A stretch of DNA of 64,000 bases from an uncultured Planctomycetales bacterium (GTDB taxonomy: Bacteria > Planctomycetota > Phycisphaerae > SM23-33 > FEN-1343): the NCBI GenBank assembly GCA_964535025.1, contig CAZHRW010000198.1, positions 4,300 to 68,299 of the forward strand. Reading direction: 5' to 3'. The translations under genes and the position numbers were made by a program. Within the stretch, counting starts at the first letter, position 1. The number at the start of each line of letters is the position of its first letter. Under the pieces are notes generated by a model. It saw only the letters and a program-made list of their open reading frames with translations. It was not told the origin of the DNA and made no database searches. This document shows positions 41,652 to 51,439 of the stretch, piece after piece.

Positions 41652-43532
41652 ATGAACGACCATCCCAACAGGGTCATCGCCGACCTGAACGCCGTGCGGG
41701 ACGGGACGGCCGCGGCCCTGCCGGAAGGTCAATCCCTGCGGGAGCAACTGGAGTCCGAACTGGACCGGATGGCCGGGGCCGTTGAGGCGGCGGCCGAGCC
41801 GCCCGTCAGGAGCGCGCGCCGCCGGCGAATCCCCCTGTGGATGAAGGTGCTGGCGGCGACGACGGCGGTGCTGTCGCTACTGGTGCTGGCCGGTGTGGCC
41901 CTGGCCTGGACGTTCCTGTCGCACCATACCGAGCGACGCCGCGCGGCCGCCGAGGCGTTCGATGCTGCCATGGAGGTCTACCACGATGCCCGGCGGGACT
42001 ACCATCGCACCGGCGAGGTGGAGCTGGCGCTGGCGGGCTTTCGCGACGCCAAGGCCCGTCTGCGGCAGTGGGCCGACCGGCATGGGGATCTGCCCGACGG
42101 GGCCGTCCGCGCCCGGGCGTGGGAACGGATGAGCCGGGCCTACGAGGCGATGATCGTCGGGGACTTCGAGGAGGCCGACGAGCACCTGGAGGCGGCATCC
42201 CGGCTCGGCGCGCTCGACCGGGAGGCGGTCATCAACCCGTTCGCCACGGCGCTGAATACGCGGCGAGCGGCGGTGACCGATCTCGAAGCGATGGCCCGCG
42301 CCATCGGCGAGGAGGATTTCGAGAGGGCCGATCTGATCGCCGGGCGACTGGCGGGCCTCAGGGCGCCGCCGGATCAGCAGGATCGCTTCGCCCGTCTGAC
42401 CGAGCAGATGGCCGCGCGGCGCAGGGCCTACGAGTTTCGCCGGTTGCTGGCCGCCGGGGACGCGGCCATGGCGAACGCGGAGGCGGCCATCGCGGCCGAT
42501 CGAAACGCCGAGCTCGCCGAAGCCATCGCCCACCTGGACGAGGCCCGGCGGCACTACAGGCTGGCCGAGAGCCGCGCCGGCACGCCCGAGGTCCGCCGGC
42601 GGCTGGAGGCGGTACGGCTGGCTGAGGCATTCGTCGAGGCCAGGCTGGCGTACCTCGACACCGTCGCCGGCGACGCGCCGGCGGCCGAGCGGATCGAGGC
42701 GCTCCAGGCGGTCGTGGACGCCCGCCCGCCGACCGAGGCGCTGCAGGACGAGCTGGCTACCGCCCGGGCCGAGGAGGCCTGGCAGCGGGCGGCGCCGCTG
42801 CTGGAATCCCAGCTCACCAGCGACCTGGAGACGGCCCGGGAGGTCCTGGCCGAATCCATCGGCCACAAGCGCCGGCCCAAGGCCGTGACCGCCCTGGCAC
42901 AGGTCGAAACCACCCTCCAGCACGACAAGCTCGTCGCCGAGGCCCGGACCGCCATGGACGAGGGCCGCTGGGCGGAGGCGGTCGAGCGGCTCCAGCAGGC
43001 CCAGACCCTCGAACAGCGGGCCGCCGCCGAGTCGATCCGCCAGGCCAGTCCCGTTGCCGACCTGTTGTCCGACGCGCGGGTGGGGCTGCACCTGTCGGCC
43101 GGCCACGAGGCGCGGCTCGAGCATCGCTGGGCGGAGGCCCGAGCCCAGTACGAAAAGGCCGGCCTGGTTCGCCCCCACGATGCAGCGCTGGCGGCGCAGG
43201 TCGGTCAGTACACCAACCAGACGGATCGGGAAGAGCAGATCTACGCTTGGGTGGACGAGGGCCGACGGCACCTGGCGGCCAAGGACTACAAGCGGGCCGT
43301 CGCGGTGTTGAACAGGGCCTATCGGGCGGCCGAAGGGCTGGACACGCCGCGGGAGGCCGTCCGGGAGGTCCGGCAACTGGCCCATTATCGCTGGGAGATC
43401 GCCAAGGGCCAGGCCGCCGAGGCCCAGGGCCACGTCCGCATGGCCCTGGGCTGCTATCGCGTTGCCGAGCAACTGATGCCTACCGACGAGGTCCGCGCGT
43501 TGATCCGCGGCTTGGCCGCGCGACGGGAATAG
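41652..43532 (+). CDS. hypothetical single-pass membrane protein with long Ala/Arg/Glu-rich helical (TPR-like) repeats
   Basis: TM segment (VLAATTAVLSLLVLAGVALAWTF) then ~500 aa of helical repeat. Upstream ATG at 41448 is an alternative start. Confidence 0.5.
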   Translation: MNDHPNRVIADLNAVRDGTAAALPEGQSLREQLESELDRMAGAVEAAAEPPVRSARRRRIPLWMKVLAATTAVLSLLVLAGVALAWTFLSHHTERRRAAAEAFDAAMEVYHDARRDYHRTGEVELALAGFRDAKARLRQWADRHGDLPDGAVRARAWERMSRAYEAMIVGDFEEADEHLEAASRLGALDREAVINPFATALNTRRAAVTDLEAMARAIGEEDFERADLIAGRLAGLRAPPDQQDRFARLTEQMAARRRAYEFRRLLAAGDAAMANAEAAIAADRNAELAEAIAHLDEARRHYRLAESRAGTPEVRRRLEAVRLAEAFVEARLAYLDTVAGDAPAAERIEALQAVVDARPPTEALQDELATARAEEAWQRAAPLLESQLTSDLETAREVLAESIGHKRRPKAVTALAQVETTLQHDKLVAEARTAMDEGRWAEAVERLQQAQTLEQRAAAESIRQASPVADLLSDARVGLHLSAGHEARLEHRWAEARAQYEKAGLVRPHDAALAAQVGQYTNQTDREEQIYAWVDEGRRHLAAKDYKRAVAVLNRAYRAAEGLDTPREAVREVRQLAHYRWEIAKGQAAEAQGHVRMALGCYRVAEQLMPTDEVRALIRGLAARRE

Positions 43533-43540
43533 GCGCGCGG

Positions 43541-44497
43541 TTATTCGCCGCTGAGATACCGCTCGTCGTCCTCGGTAAACACGGTGGGCTTGGTGGGCAG
43601 ACGTTCGACAACGAACGCATCGATCAATTCGCGCATGCTGATAGGCCGGCGGCGGGGCACCTGGCCGGACCAATAGGCCAGCAGGCCCAGGATGCGTTCG
43701 GGCGTCACGCCGCGGTCGCGGTAGCGGGCCAGGCGGGTGTCGCCGTGGCGTTTGGCGAGACGGCGGCCGTCGGGGCCGATCACCAGGGGCAGATGCCAGT
43801 AGGTGGGGATCGGCGACAGGTCCAGGGCCTGCTGGAGGAGCCGTTGGCGTGGCGTCGAATCGAGCAGGTCGTCGCCGCGGACGACGTCGGTGACGCCGCC
43901 GGCGGCATCGTCGAGGACGACGGCCAACTGGTACGCGGCCGTGCCGTCGGCCTTGCGGATGACGAAATCCCCGCAGGTCGTCGCCAAGTCGAACCGCTGG
44001 GCCCCGGCGAGGCGGTCGTCGAAGGCGATGACCGCCTCACCGACCGCCATGCGGATCGCCGGCGGTCTGCCGGCGGCTCGCCGGGCTTCTTCCTCGTCGG
44101 CCCAGCGGCCGCGACAGGTGCCCGGGTAGACGACGATCCCGTCTTCGCGGTGGGGGGCGCTGGCGGCGCGCTGGACATCTTTGCGGCTGCAGATGCACGG
44201 GTAAGCCCGCCCGGCGGCCTGCAGCATCCGCACCGCCTCGGCGTAGACCTCCCCGCGCTGCGACTGGTCCGCCATCCGCTCATCCCACGTCAAGCCCAGC
44301 CACTGCAGATCCTCGACGGCCGCCGCCGCGGCCCCGGCTTTCACCCGCGGTCCGTCCAGGTCCTCGATGCGCAGCAGGATCCGCCACCGGCGTCTCCGCC
44401 CGAGCAGATAATTGACCAGGAACGTTCGCGCGTTGCCCAGGTGCAGCGCGCCCGTCGGCGACGGGGCCAGGCGGGTGATGTGTTGCGATTCGTCCAT
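43541..44497 (-). CDS. gluQ: glutamyl-Q tRNA(Asp) synthetase (truncated GluRS catalytic-domain paralogue)
   Basis: Class I HIGH-type N-terminus (RLAPSPTGALHLGNARTFLVNYL) and KMSKS-like (RLAKRHG). About 318 aa with no anticodon-binding domain. Confidence 0.8.
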   Translation of the reverse strand: MDESQHITRLAPSPTGALHLGNARTFLVNYLLGRRRRWRILLRIEDLDGPRVKAGAAAAAVEDLQWLGLTWDERMADQSQRGEVYAEAVRMLQAAGRAYPCICSRKDVQRAASAPHREDGIVVYPGTCRGRWADEEEARRAAGRPPAIRMAVGEAVIAFDDRLAGAQRFDLATTCGDFVIRKADGTAAYQLAVVLDDAAGGVTDVVRGDDLLDSTPRQRLLQQALDLSPIPTYWHLPLVIGPDGRRLAKRHGDTRLARYRDRGVTPERILGLLAYWSGQVPRRRPISMRELIDAFVVERLPTKPTVFTEDDERYLSGE

Positions 44498-44656
44498 ACA
44501 GGAGGCCTATCCTATCACACTGGCGGACGGCAGGCACCTTGCCGAACCTCCGGGCCGAAAGCCTGCCGTTGAGTTGGTCCCGCGGTCTGTTACAATGCCC
44601 GTTCACCGTCGGAGTGGCGAAGACCACTAACCCTCAAGCAGGAAAGAGGTTCTTTG

Positions 44657-45832
44657 ATGAACGTGCCGACAGCCGAACGTCTGAACAAACTGCCGCCGTA
44701 CCTGTTTGCGGACCTGCGCCGCAAGATGGCCGACGCCCGCCAACGGGGGATCAAGGTCATCCGAATCGACATCGGCGACCCGGACCAGCCGACGCCCGAC
44801 CCGGTCGTCGACGAGCTGTGCCGCGCCGTGACCGATACCGACGACCCCGCACGCCACCGGTATGGCTGCGACGTGCCCTACGAGGGGCTCGCGGCCGCCA
44901 TCGGCGACTTCTACAAGCGCCGCTGGGGCGTGACGCTGGGCGACGGGCACCTGGTCACCACCATGGGTTCGAAGGACGCGATCGTCAAGTTCGCCCTGGC
45001 CCTGCTCAACCCGGGCGACCTGGCGATCGCCCCGGTGCCGGGCTACCCCACGTACAACATCGGCCACGTGTTCGCCGGGGCCGTCACCTACCAGGTGCCG
45101 CTGCCGGCATCCAACGGCTTCCTGGTCGATTTCGACGCGATCCCCAACGAGGTGCGCCGCCTGGCGAAGATCCTCTGGCTGAACTACCCCAACAACCCCA
45201 CCACCGCCACGGCGCCGTTGTCGTTCTTCGAGGAGGCCGTGGCCTTCGGGCGCGAGCACAACATCCTGATCGCCCACGACAGCGCCTACAGCGAGAACAC
45301 CTACGACGGCTACACCGCCCCCAGCATCCTGCAGGTCGACGGGGCCGAGGAGGTGGCCGTCGAGTTCTTCAGCCTCTCCAAGGGGTTCAATATGACCGGG
45401 TGGCGGGTTGGCTCGCTGGCGGGCAACACCGAGGCGGTCGCGGCGATCAACGCCGTCAAGGAGAACGTCGACAACGGCACGATGCGCCCGATCCAGTTCG
45501 CCGCCGCCAGGGCCCTGGAGGCCTCCGAGGAACTGACCCCCGCGATCAACGCCGTCTACAGGCGACGTCGCGATCTCGTCGTCGACGCCCTCAATGCCAA
45601 GGGCTGGTCGCTGGACAAACCGGCGGCGACGATCTACGTTTGGGCGCCGGTGCCGGCGAAGTACAACGGCTCCAGCGGGGCCTTTGTGGCCGATCTGCTC
45701 GAGAAGACCGGCGTGATGGTCACCCCCGGCGCCGGGTACGGCCAGTGGGGCGAAGGGTTTTTCCGCATCTCGCTGACCTATCCGGATGATGTGCTGGCCG
45801 AAGCCATGGACCGCATCGCCCAAATGAAGTGA
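44657..45832 (+). CDS. dapL: LL-diaminopimelate aminotransferase
   Basis: ERLNKLPPYLFADL N-terminus and SLSKGFNMTGWRVG PLP-lysine region typical of DapL. GGAAAGAGG ribosome-binding site. Confidence 0.85.
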   Translation: MNVPTAERLNKLPPYLFADLRRKMADARQRGIKVIRIDIGDPDQPTPDPVVDELCRAVTDTDDPARHRYGCDVPYEGLAAAIGDFYKRRWGVTLGDGHLVTTMGSKDAIVKFALALLNPGDLAIAPVPGYPTYNIGHVFAGAVTYQVPLPASNGFLVDFDAIPNEVRRLAKILWLNYPNNPTTATAPLSFFEEAVAFGREHNILIAHDSAYSENTYDGYTAPSILQVDGAEEVAVEFFSLSKGFNMTGWRVGSLAGNTEAVAAINAVKENVDNGTMRPIQFAAARALEASEELTPAINAVYRRRRDLVVDALNAKGWSLDKPAATIYVWAPVPAKYNGSSGAFVADLLEKTGVMVTPGAGYGQWGEGFFRISLTYPDDVLAEAMDRIAQMK

Positions 45833-45848
45833 CCGAGGTGATGTCCGC

Positions 45849-46322
45849 ATGATACACACCGCCTATATCGGTCTGGGCAGCAACGTCGGCGACCGGCGCG
45901 ACACCCTCTTTCGCGCGCTGAAGATGCTCGACGAGGCCGAAGGCATCGAGGTGGTGCGCGTGAGCCGGTTCATCGTCACCGACCCGGTCGGTCCGCCGCA
46001 GGCACGCTATCTCAACGCCGCGGCCGAGTTGCGCACGACACTGTCCCCCGAGGCCCTGTTGGCCGAACTGCACCGGATCGAGGCGGCCCTCGGGCGGGAT
46101 CGCTCGCGCGAGGTCCATTGGGGGCCTCGCACGTGCGACCTGGACATGGAGTTGTATGATGACCGGGTGATGGATACCCCGGCGCTGACGCTTCCGCACC
46201 CGAACCTGCACGAGCGGGACTTCGTCCTTCGCCCGCTGGCGGAGATCGCCGGCGGCGTCGTCCATCCCGTGCTGGGTAAAACCCTTGCGCAACTGCGGGA
46301 TGAACGGGAGACCCGGGCGTGA
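45849..46322 (+). CDS. folK: 2-amino-4-hydroxy-6-hydroxymethyldihydropteridine pyrophosphokinase (HPPK)
   Basis: AYIGLGSNVGD..L N-terminus, WGPRTCDLDM and HPNLHERDFVL motifs. Confidence 0.85.
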   Translation: MIHTAYIGLGSNVGDRRDTLFRALKMLDEAEGIEVVRVSRFIVTDPVGPPQARYLNAAAELRTTLSPEALLAELHRIEAALGRDRSREVHWGPRTCDLDMELYDDRVMDTPALTLPHPNLHERDFVLRPLAEIAGGVVHPVLGKTLAQLRDERETRA

Positions 46323-46948
46323 CCGGCGCGCTGATCAGCTTGGTCGGCGCGCCCGGCAGCGGCAAAACGACCGTAGCGCGGTGGTTGGCGCCCGCGCTGG
46401 GCGGACGGCTCGTCCTGGAGGACTATGCCGGCAACCCCTTCCTGGCGGCGTCCTACGAAGGCGCCGACAGCCTGCGCCTGCCGGGCCAACTGTGGTTCCT
46501 CCTCTCCCGCGTCGACCAGCTCGCCGGCGGCCGCGTCGCCGAGGGCGAAGTGGTCGTCACCGACTATGGTTATCTGCAGGACCGCATCTACGCGGAGATC
46601 TGGCTGACCGGCGCGGACCTCGAGACGTACCGTCGCGTCGCCGCCCGCGTCGCCCCGCTGGTCCGGCCGGCCGACGTGCTGGTGCTGCTGGATGGGCCGG
46701 TCGGACTGCTGATGGAGCGGATCACCCGGCGCGGGCGGGGATACGAGCGGCGTTTCAGCGAGGCGTTCATCCGCCGCCTGCGCGACACCTATCGCGAACG
46801 GTTGGCCGACGTGACGACGGCGGTCGTCCGCGTCGACGTCGCCCAACGCGACCTGCGACGCCCGGGCGACCGGCGGTGGCTCGTCGACAGGATCGGCGAG
46901 GCGCTCGCCGCGCAACCGGTGATGGATGAGGACCATGGAGCACTTTGA
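46319..46948 (+). CDS. deoxynucleoside kinase family protein
   Basis: GTG start overlapping the folK stop. P-loop LVGAPGSGKTT and dNK-fold features (DYGYLQDRIYAE, LLDGP). Confidence 0.7.
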   Translation: MTGALISLVGAPGSGKTTVARWLAPALGGRLVLEDYAGNPFLAASYEGADSLRLPGQLWFLLSRVDQLAGGRVAEGEVVVTDYGYLQDRIYAEIWLTGADLETYRRVAARVAPLVRPADVLVLLDGPVGLLMERITRRGRGYERRFSEAFIRRLRDTYRERLADVTTAVVRVDVAQRDLRRPGDRRWLVDRIGEALAAQPVMDEDHGAL

Positions 46949-47798
46949 CACCCTCGAAGCGATTCGCCGAGCGGTCCGGACGGCCCGTGCGGCGGGGCGG
47001 TCGATCGCGATCGTGCCGACGATGGGCAACCTGCACGCCGGCCATGCGTCGCTGATCGACGCGCCCGTTGGCGACGGGCACTTCACCGTGGTGACGATCT
47101 TCGTCAACCCCACGCAGTTCGGCCCCAACGAAGACCTGGCCGCCTACCCGCGGACGCCCGAGGAGGACCTGGCCCTGTGCGCCCGGCGGGGGGTCGACGC
47201 GGTGTTCCTGCCGTCCGTGGAGACGATGTACCCGCGGGGGGCGCGGACGAGCGTCCACGTGGCGGGCCTGAGCGAGGTGCTGTGCGGGGCCTCGCGCCCG
47301 GGGCATTTTGACGGCGTGTGCACCGTCGTGGCCAAGCTGTTCAACATCGTCGATCCCGACGACGCATACTTCGGTCGCAAGGATGCTCAGCAGGCCATCG
47401 TTCTGCAGCGGATGGTCCGGGACCTGAATTTCCCCGTCAGCCTGCACGTGTGCCCCACGGTCCGCGAGGCCGACGGGCTGGCGATGTCGTCGCGGAACCG
47501 GTACCTCACGGCCGATCAGCGACGCCAGGCGACGGCGCTGTACGGCGCCCTGCGAATGGCCGCCGAGCGGATCGGCCAAGGCGAGACCGACGCCGCGACG
47601 GTCGCCGCGGCCATCCGGGAGCACCTGGCGGCGCACGCGCCCGACGGGGCCGTTGATTACATCGCCCTGGTCAACCCGGAGGACCTGTCGGACGTACAAG
47701 ACCTGACCGGCCCCGTGCTCATCGCCCTGGCGGTGCGGCTCGGGCGGGCGCGATTGATCGACAACCTCATGGTGGACCCGGAGGGGGAGATGACATAA
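46935..47798 (+). CDS. panC: pantoate--beta-alanine ligase
   Basis: PTMGNLHAGHASLI (HIGH-like) and FGRKDAQQ motifs. Alternative start at 46926. Confidence 0.85.
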   Translation: MEHFDTLEAIRRAVRTARAAGRSIAIVPTMGNLHAGHASLIDAPVGDGHFTVVTIFVNPTQFGPNEDLAAYPRTPEEDLALCARRGVDAVFLPSVETMYPRGARTSVHVAGLSEVLCGASRPGHFDGVCTVVAKLFNIVDPDDAYFGRKDAQQAIVLQRMVRDLNFPVSLHVCPTVREADGLAMSSRNRYLTADQRRQATALYGALRMAAERIGQGETDAATVAAAIREHLAAHAPDGAVDYIALVNPEDLSDVQDLTGPVLIALAVRLGRARLIDNLMVDPEGEMT

Positions 47799-47861
47799 CA
47801 TGCTGTTGTCGGGTTGCTTGGCTGGTCTTTGTACCCTGGACTCCAGGGGCGATTTGACAAA

Positions 47862-47978
47862 CCCGAAATCCGAAGCACGAAATATGAAACAAACGAAAAA
47901 ACAGATAAGACGGCGAGGACCCAAACGGGCGGATTCACGCGTTTGTTTCATGTTTTGTGCTTCGAGCTTCGGATTTGA
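47862..47978. repeat. AT-rich composite hairpin repeat (about 30-bp arms, 45-nt loop) between panC and panD
   Basis: Left arm AAATCCGAAGCACGAAATATGAAACAAACG. Right arm CGTTTGTTTCATGTTTTGTGCTTCGAGCTTCGGATTT is a near-exact reverse complement. Preceded by the small palindrome CCCTGGAcTCCAGGG (47834-47848). Confidence 0.6.
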
Positions 47979-48029
47979 GGGCTGAGGCCGGTCGCCAGGC
48001 AAGAGGCCTTAGCGAAGATCTGAGGGATC

Positions 48030-48389
48030 ATGGTGTTGCGTCACATGCTGCGAGCGAAGATCCACCGGGCGACGGTGACCGAGTCCCGGCTCGACTACAT
48101 CGGCTCGATTACGATCGACCGGACGGTGATGGAGGCCGCGGGGATCGTCGAGAACGAGCGCGTCCTCGTGGCCGACCTGGCCAACGGGTCGCGCCACGAG
48201 ACGTACGTCATCGCCGGACAGCCCGGCAGCGGCACGATTTGCGTCAACGGCGCCGCCGCCCACCTGGTGCACCCGGGCGAGAAGGTCATCATCATGTGTT
48301 ACGGCCTGGTCGACGAACGGGAACTGGCCGACCATCGGCCGGTGATCGTGCTGATGGGCGAGAACAACACCATCGACGAGATCCGATAG
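48030..48389 (+). CDS. panD: aspartate 1-decarboxylase
   Basis: MVLRHMLRAKIHRATVTE aligns with the PanD N-terminus. GSIT pro-enzyme cleavage-site context (YIGSITID). GAGGGA ribosome-binding site. Confidence 0.85.
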   Translation: MVLRHMLRAKIHRATVTESRLDYIGSITIDRTVMEAAGIVENERVLVADLANGSRHETYVIAGQPGSGTICVNGAAAHLVHPGEKVIIMCYGLVDERELADHRPVIVLMGENNTIDEIR

Positions 48390-48396
48390 GAGTCCC

Positions 48397-49635
48397 ATGC
48401 ACCCGCTGTTGGTGGACTTGTCACAGTTCAAGCCGTTCGGCCTCTCGCCGGAGTCGATGGCCGTCCGCGTGGCCGTGTTCGTCCTCGTCGCCATCGGTGC
48501 ACACCTGCTGACGACCGGCTTGGTCCGCCGTACGCGAGGACGGCCGCGCTGGTGGACCGATCCGGCGGCGTGGGCCATGGTCGCGGGTCTGGCGGTCATG
48601 GTGGCGGCGCTGGTGTGGGTCGTCTCCCGCGTGCACAGCTATGGGCTGATGCTTGCGCTGGGGTTCCTCACCGCCATGGCGCTGACCCGCCGGCGCCTGC
48701 GGCGCTGCGGGGAAGACCCTGACTGGGTCAACCCCCTGGCGATTCTCGCCCTGACCGCCGGCGTCATCGGGGCGCGCCTGGCGTACGTGATCCAGTTTTC
48801 CGATCGGTTCAGGCCGCTCGGCGAGGGGGGGCTGGTGGACGTGCTCAAGCTCACCAGCGGCGGGCTGGTCTTCGACGGCGGCCTGATCCTCGCCGTCGTG
48901 ACCGTGTTGGTCTTCCTGCGGGTCAAGAAGCTGCCCGTGCGTCGATTCATGGATATCCTGGCCATCAGCGCCATGGTGGGCCTGGCGTTCGGGCGGGTGG
49001 GCTGCTTTCTCAACGGGTGCTGCTTCGGCGGCAGAGTCCACGCGGAATTCCCCCTGGCAGTTCAGTTTCCCTACGCGAGTTCGCCACTGATCTATCCGCA
49101 CGACGAGGGCGAAAACCCCTATCCGCCCAGCGCGAGGATCTCCCTGGTCTACGCCCACCAGTTTGAGCACGACGCGGATCTGGTCGTGCCGTCGGAACTG
49201 ACGGCCGGGCGGCTGCTCAAAGCGCCCCGCGACCTGGCCACGCCGGCCGAGTGGAAGGTCGCCCGCGAGACCAGGTCGCTGCCGGTGCATCCGGCCCAGG
49301 TGTATGCCATCGTCAACGCGTTGATCCTGGCGTCGCTGCTGGCGGCGATCTTCCGTCTGCGCACCCGCGAGGGGCAGGTCTTCGCCTGGCTGCTGATCCT
49401 CTACCCGATCACCCGCTTCATGCTGGAAATCATTCGCGACGATACCCCCAATGGGTTGATGACCCTGACCGTGGCGCAGATGAAGTGCGTCGGCCTGGTG
49501 GCCCTCGGCGCAGCACTGCTGGTGGCGCTGCGACGTCTGCCGGCGCGGAGCGGACCGCTGGGGCTCGAACGCGCCGCCGCCGAGGCCGCCGACGGGCCGC
49601 AGGCCCCGCGGCCGGGCCAAAGGAAACGAATGTGA
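48397..49635 (+). CDS. lgt: prolipoprotein diacylglyceryl transferase with N- and C-terminal extensions
   Basis: Lgt signature GRVGCFLNGCCFG. 412 aa versus about 290 typical. Confidence 0.8.
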   Translation: MHPLLVDLSQFKPFGLSPESMAVRVAVFVLVAIGAHLLTTGLVRRTRGRPRWWTDPAAWAMVAGLAVMVAALVWVVSRVHSYGLMLALGFLTAMALTRRRLRRCGEDPDWVNPLAILALTAGVIGARLAYVIQFSDRFRPLGEGGLVDVLKLTSGGLVFDGGLILAVVTVLVFLRVKKLPVRRFMDILAISAMVGLAFGRVGCFLNGCCFGGRVHAEFPLAVQFPYASSPLIYPHDEGENPYPPSARISLVYAHQFEHDADLVVPSELTAGRLLKAPRDLATPAEWKVARETRSLPVHPAQVYAIVNALILASLLAAIFRLRTREGQVFAWLLILYPITRFMLEIIRDDTPNGLMTLTVAQMKCVGLVALGAALLVALRRLPARSGPLGLERAAAEAADGPQAPRPGQRKRM

Positions 49636-50567
49636 GCGAACGGTTCGGCTTGATCCAGGATGTCCCGACGACCGCCGAGACGGCCGACCCGGTGGCGGTC
49701 GCCGAGGCGCCCGTCGCACTGAGCGAACCTCAGGTCCGCGCGTGGATCGTCCGCTCGCGGTCCCGCTCGGGGCGAACGTGGTGGTGGCGGCGGTGGGGCC
49801 TCCTGGTTGCGATGATCGCCGCCGTCGTGCTGGTCGTCAACACCGACGAAGACGCCTCGCTCGCCCGCCATCTGCTGCCGGTGGGCATCATGGTCGCCGT
49901 GCTGGCCGTCAGTGCGCTGTTCGCCCGCCAGGTGCGCCGGCTTCAGCGGTTGTACGGCCGGGCCCTCATGCAGATGCAGTTGCGACAATGGCCGGCGGCG
50001 CTGGCGGCGATGGAGCAGTTGATGCGGCGGCCGATCGACGCGCCCGACGTGCGGTCGGCGGCGCTGCTGTGGGCGGCCGAACTGGCCACGCGGGCCGGCC
50101 AGCACGACGCGGCCGTCGCGGCCCTGGACGAGGTGCTGGCCCTCGACGCCAATGAGCACCATCGCCAGAGCGCCCAGACCGAAAAGGCCCTGGCGCTGCT
50201 CCGCGCCGGGCGCCTGGCCGAGGCGGCCGAACTGCTGGACACCTTCCGGACGGTCGTCTTCCACGAACCGATGGCCTCGGTCGCCGAGGTGGGGCACCTG
50301 TACCATCTGATCCGCACTCGCGCCTTCGACGCCGCGGTCGCCCGGGCTGACGCGCTCGGCCGCCGGGCCCGCAAGGTGTTTCAGCGCCAGGCGGGCTACG
50401 TGTACGGGCTGATCGCCCTGGCCCTCGAACAGGCCGGCTACGGCGACCGGGCCCAGGCCTACTACGAGTGCGCGACACGCCTGATGAGCCCCGATGAACT
50501 GGCCCGCCGGTTCGCCGAGTTGGCCCCGTTGGCCCAGCGTCTGACCCCCGCCAGGAGCCCCCTATGA
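49632..50567 (+). CDS. hypothetical membrane-anchored TPR-like protein
   Basis: GTG start with an AAGGAAA ribosome-binding site, overlapping the lgt stop (GTGA). One TM helix then an Ala-rich helical repeat. Confidence 0.4.
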   Translation: MSERFGLIQDVPTTAETADPVAVAEAPVALSEPQVRAWIVRSRSRSGRTWWWRRWGLLVAMIAAVVLVVNTDEDASLARHLLPVGIMVAVLAVSALFARQVRRLQRLYGRALMQMQLRQWPAALAAMEQLMRRPIDAPDVRSAALLWAAELATRAGQHDAAVAALDEVLALDANEHHRQSAQTEKALALLRAGRLAEAAELLDTFRTVVFHEPMASVAEVGHLYHLIRTRAFDAAVARADALGRRARKVFQRQAGYVYGLIALALEQAGYGDRAQAYYECATRLMSPDELARRFAELAPLAQRLTPARSPL

Positions 50568-51439
50568 CCGGTGCGCAGGCTCAGGCTTTCACCGAGCAGC
50601 TCGCCCGCCAGTTGACCCTGGCCCGCGCGGTCCGCGCGGGGCTGATCGCCCTGGCGGTCGGGGCGGTGCTCCAGACGTTCAGCATCTTGCTGCCGCTGAG
50701 CGAGGGGGCCAACATGGTGGTCCTGTTGGCGGCGGGGGGCGCCTGGATCCTCCTGTCGGGCTCGGGGGCCGTGGCGACGAAGCTGCTGCAGGCCGCGTCG
50801 GCCCACGTCGCGGCCGAACGGTACGATCTCGCCCAGCGGGCGCTGGTGGCGGCGGCAATGCGATTCAACTTCCAGCCGGCGCCGCGCCTGACGGCGGTGC
50901 AGCATCTGGCGACGCTGCTGCACGAGGCCCGCCAGTACGCCTCGGCGGCCCAGCTCAGCCGCTTCCTGATCAGCCACGCTGTCCGCGTTCGCAACCTCCG
51001 CCGTTCGTTTGACCGGGCCGGACGGCTCCTGCTGGCCGACTGCGAGGTGATGCAGGGCCGTTTGCATGAGGCGTACGAGCAGTTGTCGATCCTCTACCAG
51101 TCCGGCCGAACGCTCAGCGAACAGTTGGCGCTGCTGCCGGTGGAATGCTATTACGAGGTCTCGGTCGGCGCCTGGGACGGCCTGGCGGACGAGGCGCCGC
51201 GTCGCGCGCGGTTGACCGAGCTGATGGGGCCGATGCAGGCGGCCTCGACGCTGGCGTGCCTGGCGTTGGGCTGCGATCGGACGGGACGCGTTGACCAGCG
51301 GGACTGGCTCTGGCGCCAGGCCACCTTGCTGGTGGACCGTCACGTTCTCGTCGACCGCCTGCCGCGGCTGGAGGCGCTGCCGGCCTCGGCGGCGATGGTG
51401 CTGCCGTGGGAACGGACCGAAAGCGGAGAAACGCCATGA
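50564..51439 (+). CDS. hypothetical membrane protein
   Basis: ATGA overlap with the upstream gene. Two N-terminal TM helices. Confidence 0.4.
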   Translation: MTGAQAQAFTEQLARQLTLARAVRAGLIALAVGAVLQTFSILLPLSEGANMVVLLAAGGAWILLSGSGAVATKLLQAASAHVAAERYDLAQRALVAAAMRFNFQPAPRLTAVQHLATLLHEARQYASAAQLSRFLISHAVRVRNLRRSFDRAGRLLLADCEVMQGRLHEAYEQLSILYQSGRTLSEQLALLPVECYYEVSVGAWDGLADEAPRRARLTELMGPMQAASTLACLALGCDRTGRVDQRDWLWRQATLLVDRHVLVDRLPRLEALPASAAMVLPWERTESGETP

